Below are positions 56,590 through 64,000 of a DNA stretch of 64,000 nucleotides, piece by piece. This DNA comes from Eledone cirrhosa. Taxonomy: Eukaryota. The stretch spans positions 72,540,001 through 72,604,000 of the forward strand of contig OZ024743.1 in NCBI GenBank assembly GCA_964016885.1. The letters run 5' to 3'. Position 1 is the first letter of the stretch. Each line of letters begins with the position of its first letter. The translations under genes and the position numbers were made by a program. The notes beneath the pieces are model-generated. The model was not told the origin of the DNA. It saw only the letters and a list, made by a program, of their open reading frames with translations, and did not search any database.

Positions 56590-57850
56590 TAATTATTTCT
56601 TTATTGGTCACAAGGGCAAAACGTGAAGGACAATAGAAGAGATAGCTGCCGTGGTTTTACAAACAATAGAAAACGAATAAACAAATAAAAAAGATAACAA
56701 TAAACAATAAATAAATAACAATAACAAATTCGAAATAAGGAGAGCAGCACTCATTTGTAACCTAGAAACACCACAGATCCTAAACAAATCTAGACCCCAA
56801 GAGCAACGTAGTAAGGTGCGCCTCACCTCTCGAAAATGTCTGGCCTTCAGAAGCATGGTCTGGCGAGGCCCATCCACTCGAGCCATTCTCGTTACATTCA
56901 CCCACCATTTAACAAATGTGCCGTGTGTGTATGGGAGAGGAGAAGCACTTCCTTCTCCCCCTTCACATTCATTTCCAAGTATAAATTCATAAAAAGGTTG
57001 AATTTGGTTGAAGAATAAGGTGTCTGTTTTCAGTCGTTTCAGCCGATCCAACCACGCATGCTCTTTGACTACAGCCACCAGATAAAAGAAAACTGCCTGC
57101 CCTTCCCGGCCAAAAGAAGTCGATGGGTTGATATTCACGGTGGTGTCGGTTGATAACATGATTCGTCCTACACACTATAATACTGTTCGACAATTCTCCG
57201 CCAGACAGCCATGGTCGTACCCTGGACGAGTGCGCGCAGAAATTTTGATTCGACACGCACGCATCTCGGACTAGTCCGTTTGACAGTTCAATTTCCTCGA
57301 CGCCCAAAGTTTCCACAAGAACGTCGTGGCATTTGCCTTCCACTAGTCCCAAACGTGAAATTTCCACTGCCAGAATCGCATGGCATATAGTGAAAGATAG
57401 AGAACTGTGAGCGCCTGACATTATTCCAGATGCCAGGTACGAAGTCTCAGTCGAAGAGACGAGCTGCGGAAAACCTGTCTTACAAACGCTAACCAAAACT
57501 TCTCATCGTTTAGGAATACCTGGAAATGCCGCAGCCCCAGCGCATATTTGTGTAACACCAGCCACGGCATGCCCAACACTCCCTTAGAGGGTATAGGCAG
57601 AAGATGGACCTCCAGTCAAGTTGAACCTATGCCTTCCATAAAATGTGAAAGAGCAAGTGAGCCAATCTCGTGAAATGTGAAGCGGGACAATGCAAGACAA
57701 TTAGGTGGTTTAGAGGTGACGAAAATGATGAGCTCTTTTCACCACCTCCGTCCGACCTTTCGTCGATAGCTACCTCTCAGGAGAATTCTGGGTAAGAATC
57801 TCCACCCTGCTCATTATATTGGTTGGTCCGTTCCTCCAGCATCCAACATC
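56590..57850 (-). mobile_element. Tx1/L1-clade LINE 3' fragment, decayed
   Basis: 57550-57820 resembles 20-280; downstream FFYLVAVVKE..W..R...FVKWW C-terminus; AATAAA at the 3' end (~56600). Confidence 0.65.
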
Positions 57851-58097
57851 GTTATTCAAATACAAATCGAACCTTGAGATGATCAATAGCGAAACATGCG
57901 ACACTACAAAAGAAACATAATGAAGACATAAAATACCGTCCTTTATATATATATATATATATATATATAATGAGAGAGAGAGGTAGAACTATGGAAGGTA
58001 ATATCCGTAGTGGTAGAGCACTCAGTCCATGGGACGAGTTTGGTAGAAGGAGTAACGCAACAGTTAGTTCACCATACCGAGATACAATAGTTTCTAC

Positions 58098-58169
<72 letters not shown>

Positions 58170-58309
58170 AGATATATGTGTACGTGTGAAAATATACGTG
58201 AATGTTTGTGCTTGTGTATGCCTTTGGGATTGGCATTTATCTTCACATTTAAGCTTGTTCTCTTTATATATAAATATAAATACTTTTCTATGAATGGCTG
58301 AATATGCGT

Positions 58310-58780
<471 letters not shown>

Positions 58781-58969
58781 AATATACTTTATTAGTATAT
58801 ATCAATTAAAGAAATAAGCACTATATTGTGAGGAATAAATGGCAGGATTCCTGCTACTCAGTGCATATTTGGCAACTAATGTACTTGGTAACCGAACATT
58901 GTTCAATATAGAAGGTAAACAAATACTGAAACATGCTTCATTTCATGATGATTAGACCGGATATCTTAA

Positions 58970-59006
<37 letters not shown>

Positions 59007-59054
59007 CATAATTTCATGCATTCATTTATACATACATATATACATACATACATA

Positions 59055-59094
<40 letters not shown>

Positions 59095-59147
59095 AATACA
59101 CATACATTCTTATACATAATTTCATGCATACATATATACATACATAT

Positions 59148-59252
<105 letters not shown>

Positions 59253-59302
59253 AAACCCATGCTAGCGTAGAAGATAGACGTTAAACGATGATGATGATGA
59301 TG

Positions 59303-59373
<71 letters not shown>

Positions 59374-59382
<9 letters not shown>

Positions 59383-61955
59383 AGATCAAAAGATGGTTAA
59401 AAGAGTTCCATGTATTTTACTATGCGCATTTCAAAAACAAATATCATCATGCAATAACATTTGTGTTTTCATCAGATAAAATAGGAAGACATGATATGAA
59501 GGTTAAAAACACTTGTGGATAGAGCAGATTTAAATCAACATATGAAAAGTAGTTTTAGATTGATGTGTGATATTGTGGAAAAAAAATTTTGAGGGGGGGG
59601 GGGATGTTGGAAAGGATGAAAAAGAGGATGAGATGAGAGTAAAAAGTGGAGGGGGAGGAGTATAATGAGGAAGGATGAGATAGGAGGAGAGATGGGTGAT
59701 AGAGAGAGAGAGATAGCTTTTATAAGTGAGAAAAATATATTGTTTTACATAGAGAGGTTGAAAAACCGTTGGAAGATAATGTATAAATTAAAAGAATTTG
59801 AAAATTAACGAAGAGAAAAATAATGTAAAGTTAAGGTTTGTATATTGAAGGGTTTAATAATATGTGCGATGAAAAGAAATTGTTAATATGTATTAAGAAT
59901 AATATTTAAGGGTTTAATAATATGTGCGATGGAAAGAAAATGTTGATATGTATTATTAAAAAAAACAAAAGTAATGTAAGTAAGGATATATTGTGAGATG
60001 AGCATGAATAAGTTAGATGAAAGTGAGAAAAAATAATGAATAGAGGATGAATAATCTAACGTAAAAAAAAATGTTTATGTTTACGAAGGATTTTTTCAAG
60101 GTGATATAAAGTAAGAATATATTGTATTGTGTAATAATTGTTTCTATGTTAGGCACAGTGAGAAAAGGTACATATTAGGGGTTAGAAATTAAAAGAAAAA
60201 GTAAAGAAAAGGAAAAGGAAGAAAGGGAAGTGATAAATAGGAGTGATATAGAATGAGTAACAAGTATTATATAATGTATAATAAATAACTTTGAAATAAG
60301 GTAGAAAGATGGGTATATTTTTAAAGAAGTATATATATATATGTGCCTTTGAGAAAAGGATCCTGAATTGATAAAGTTTAGGATATTAGCTGTATACTTT
60401 ATGGAATGTTCTGTGGAATTTATGCAAGCAGAGAGAAAACAAGTCAGTGCGTCTATTTATTATAGAATCTAAATTAGATATAATGGTAATTTTTTCATTT
60501 AGACAGAGATTGCAAGTCTTGGATAGAGAACTGTTCAAGTATGGAGCAGCAGAAGAAACCTTTTTCCAAGAGATGTTATATTTAATATGTTTGTCTTTCA
60601 AGGACTATATGATTCTGAGAGAGCCGTGTCGGTTCTTTTAAGTTGGTATTTAAAAGACGAATGATGATTATAAAGACGAGCTTTAAAGGAGGTGGAAGTG
60701 GAGCCAAAATAGGTGAAGGAATTGGTGTCAGTTATAACTTTACATACATGAAAAATGTACCATTATATCTAATTTAGATTCTATAATAAATAGACGCACT
60801 GTCTTGTTTTCTCTCTGCTTGCATAAATTCCACAGAACATTCCATAAAGTATACAGCTAATATCCTAAACTTTATCAATTCAGAATCCTTTTCTCAAAGG
60901 CACATATATATATATACTTCTATAAAAATATACCCATCTTTCTACCTTATTTCAAAGTTATTTATTATACATTATATAATACTTGTTACTCATTCTATAT
61001 CACTCCTATTTATCCCTTTCTTTCTTTCCTTTTCTTTTCTTTTTCTTTTAATTTCTAACCCCTAATCTGTACCTTTTCTCACTGTGCCTAACATAGAAAC
61101 AATTATTATACAATACAATATATTCTTACTTTATATCAGCTTGAAAAAATCCTTCGTAAATATAAACATTTTTTTTGACGTTAGATTATTCATCCTCTAT
61201 TCATTATTTGTTCTCACTTCCATCTAACTTATTCATGCTCATCTCACAATATATCCTTACTTACATTACTTTTGTTTTTTTTAATAATACATATCAACAT
61301 TTCCTTTCCATCGCACATATTATTAAACCCTTAAATATTATTCTTAATGCATATTAACAATTTCTTTTCATCGCGCATATTATTAAACCCTTCAATATAC
61401 AAACTTAACTTTACCTTATTTTTCTCTTCGTTAATTTTCAAATTCTTTTAATTGATACATTATCTTCCAACGGTTTTTCAGCCTCTCTATGTAAAACAAT
61501 ATATTTTTCTCAGTTATAAAAGCTATCTCTCTCTCTCTCTATCACCCATCTCTCCTCCTATCTCATCCTTCCCCATTATACTCCTCCCCCTCCACTTTTT
61601 ATTCTCATCTCCTCCTCTTTTTCATCCTTTCCAACCTCCCCCCCCTCAAACACATTTTTTTTTCCCCAATATCACACATCAATCTAAAACTACTTTTCAT
61701 ATGTTGATTTAAAACTGCACTATCCACAAGTGTTTTTAACCTTCATATCATGTCTTCCTATTTTATCTGATGAAAACACAAATGTTGTTGCATGATGATA
61801 TTTGTTTTTGAAATGCGCATAATAAAATACATGGAACTCTTTTAACCATCTTTTGATCTTATATATTATGTATACTCCAGTTCTATAAACTGTAGAGTGC
61901 TTCTTATCCGATATCTGCATTGCTTTATTGTACTACAATAAAACTCACCTCCTAC
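59374..61955. mobile_element. F5 second copy: arms 59374-60498/60748-61869, GIY-YIG spacer on the minus strand, tail 61870-61955
   Basis: YFGSTSTSFKARLYNH, CNLCLNEK, INRRTDLFSLCLH; same ends as 33130-35656. Confidence 0.9.
61759..61829 (+). ncRNA. Type I hammerhead ribozyme (F5 copy 2; mirror copy 59413-59483 -)
   Basis: tattttat-CTGATGA-stem II-GAAA-tgcgca-TA-ataaaata. Confidence 0.82.
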
Positions 61956-62079
61956 ACACATATATATATATATATATATTAAAGGATCGATCGACTTTCG
62001 TCAAATCGGACCGAGGAAACAATGTTTCCGTCGGTCTTTCCAGTTGCTAATACTATCTATCGGTCGCAACTCCAGGTAG

Positions 62080-62200
62080 AAGGAACAACGTGAAATAAAG
62101 TGTCTTGCCCAAGGACATAACGCATCGCCCGGTCCACGAATCGAACTCACAACCTCAAGATTGTGAATCCAATTCTCTAACCACTCAGCCACACGCCTTC
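62080..62200 (-). mobile_element. Second tRNA-derived SINE family (CORE/V-like body)
   Basis: TGGCTGAGTGG A box, GAGTTCGATTC B box, gtccttgggcaagacactt; diverged relatives near 25180-25245 and 28300-28385. Confidence 0.75.
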
Positions 62201-62220
62201 ACAATATATATATATATATA

Positions 62221-62417
62221 AGAAAATAGTCAGGACCCCGACGGCAGTGCTCAAGCTGTTTCAACGTCTATTTCAATACAGAAATAGCCGTCGAAACGAC
62301 TTGAGCTCTGCCATCGGGCTCCTGACTATTTTCCAATTACCCACTCTACTACTCAAAGTATCGAGTACTGTGGTGCGTTATGGTCCACCTGGTTCCTTAC
62401 CACACTTCCTTCGTTAT
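62221..62417 (+). mobile_element. Hairpin family H copy
   Basis: gaaaatagtcagga.../...tcctgactattttc plus tail. Confidence 0.8.
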
Positions 62418-63077
62418 GTATACATATACATGCATATATAGCAATAACAATAATAAAGATAATGGTTACTGACAAGGCTAGCAATTTTGGGGAAAGGGAA
62501 TGTCGATTTAATCGACTCCAGTGCATTGTTGGTGCTTTATTTTATCGATCCTGTAAGAATGAAAAGCAAAGCCTGCTTCGGTGTGATTTGAAATCAGAAC
62601 GTAACATGCGTAACTCTGCCGCATATTGCAAAAACTCTTCGGCACTGTTTACATTATATTCTGAAAGCGTCCTCAAACGCTTTCTCAGATGTTGGCTTTA
62701 TATAAGAAACGTGTATTTAACCCCTGTTAAGAAATAGCAACCAAATCTTCCTAAAATTTCGATTTTATATGAGAAATTAAAAATATAAAACTTTTAAATG
62801 GGTGCAAAACACAAACAAATTTTATTTTATTTTAATGTAATGAGGAAATATCCAGCTGTTGTTACTAAGTCCATACTACTAAAATTAACATTTAAATGAA
62901 AAAAAAATCACCTTGATTAATTCATGCCCATGATGTTTTATCTTTGATACCCTGCATATTTCTTTCAAACTGCCCATGCATTCTCATATCCATAAGATAT
63001 CCTTTTCTTTCTCTTCAACTCTTTATTTAACACTTTATCAACCATACCGACGAGGACACAAAATAAGTAAATTTTAT

Positions 63078-63472
63078 ATAATTGTTTCTACTTTTGCTAC
63101 AAGGCCAGCAATAAGCCAGTACATTACTGGTACTTTATTTTATTGACCACGTAAGGATGAAAGGCAAAATTAACCTCGACGGGATTTGAACTCTCAGACC
63201 TTAAGGGACGTAACTATGTTAGGAAGCATGGCGCCCGACCCTCCACCGATACTGCCAAATGATTTCTAGTATAGGCACAAGGCCAGTAATTTGTGGGGTA
63301 GGGAATGTCTATTAAATCGACCCCACTTCGTTACAGGTACTTTATTTTATCGACCCCATAAGGATGAAAAGCAAAGCTACCTCGGCGGGATTTGAAATCA
63401 GACCGTAAAGGACCGTAACTCTATGCTGCAAAGCATGGTGTCCGACTCTCTACCGATACTACCACTCCACCA
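63078..63472 (-). mobile_element. Two tandem S1 SINEs (63078-63260, 63265-63472); older copy at 62460-62650
   Basis: Reverse complement of the S1 consensus twice. Confidence 0.85.
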
Positions 63473-63599
63473 TGATAATAGTTAGGCACACAGGGACAAT
63501 AAGTGGACAATAATGACGGTACAGGACAGTATAGTGTTGTTTCTGTGTGAGGAAATGTTTAAAATCTTTCAACATAGTTTTATATAAGAACTTTACTAC

Positions 63600-64000
63600 C
63601 GATACCGCCCTTATACAATAATCCACACTAATGAGGATTCTATCAAGATTCTTTCACTTCAGTAACACTCTATTTATATTTTCTTTACCGGGCAAAGCTC
63701 CCTAAATGTCATTAATCTTCTCGTCTGTCAATCCAGCTTTGATATTTCTTCTTCAGTCCTTCCGAGAATGGACGCGCTTCAATTAACCATCGGAACTGCC
63801 CAAATATTTATTGCAGCAACTAGATTTCTTGCATTTAGCTTGATTTTGAAATAATTTTTACCCATTTCACATGTCTCTCTAACGTTTTCTTTCATTTCTC
63901 TATGTGCAATGTCATCCAGAATTAAACCCCAAAATACGTATACACATTTTCCGGTTCCCCCATAGTTTTTTCCACTACTGGCTGGTTTTGTCTCTCTTTT
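63600..64000 (-). mobile_element. Decayed R4/Dong-like RT fragment
   Basis: YTYFGV...KLNARNLVAAINIWAVP...EISKLD*QTRRLMT parallels family B (YKYLGV..KLNARNRIDAINTLAIP). Confidence 0.7.

Overview
AT-rich, microsatellite-dense eukaryotic (animal) DNA. No host protein-coding gene is recognisable, and most short ORFs in the track are translations of (TA)n/(CA)n/(CT)n tracts. The SINE and retroelement repertoire resembles a mollusc, probably an octopus (inference from recalled repeat sequences, not tested). The window is a retrotransposon graveyard in two parts. (1) 1-16.4 kb: a decayed Tx1/L1-clade LINE, then a head-to-tail array of five R4/Dong-clade (RT + restriction-like endonuclease) pieces from two families, mostly joined through (TAA)n tracts and interleaved with antisense tRNA-SINEs. 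One copy has a candidate HDV-like ribozyme at its 5' end. (2) 16.7-62.4 kb: at least eight families of Penelope-like (RT + C-terminal GIY-YIG) or Penelope-type elements inserted in (TA)n. Most insertions are fold-back palindromes (arms about 50 bp to 1.6 kb) with one fixed tail-less end and one fixed tailed end. Many arms carry type I hammerhead ribozymes with palindromic stem III, including a U3-A8 core variant. Fragments of RTE, CRE, Tx1 and R4 LINEs and many SINE copies fill the rest. Coordinates were read by eye and may be off by several bases.
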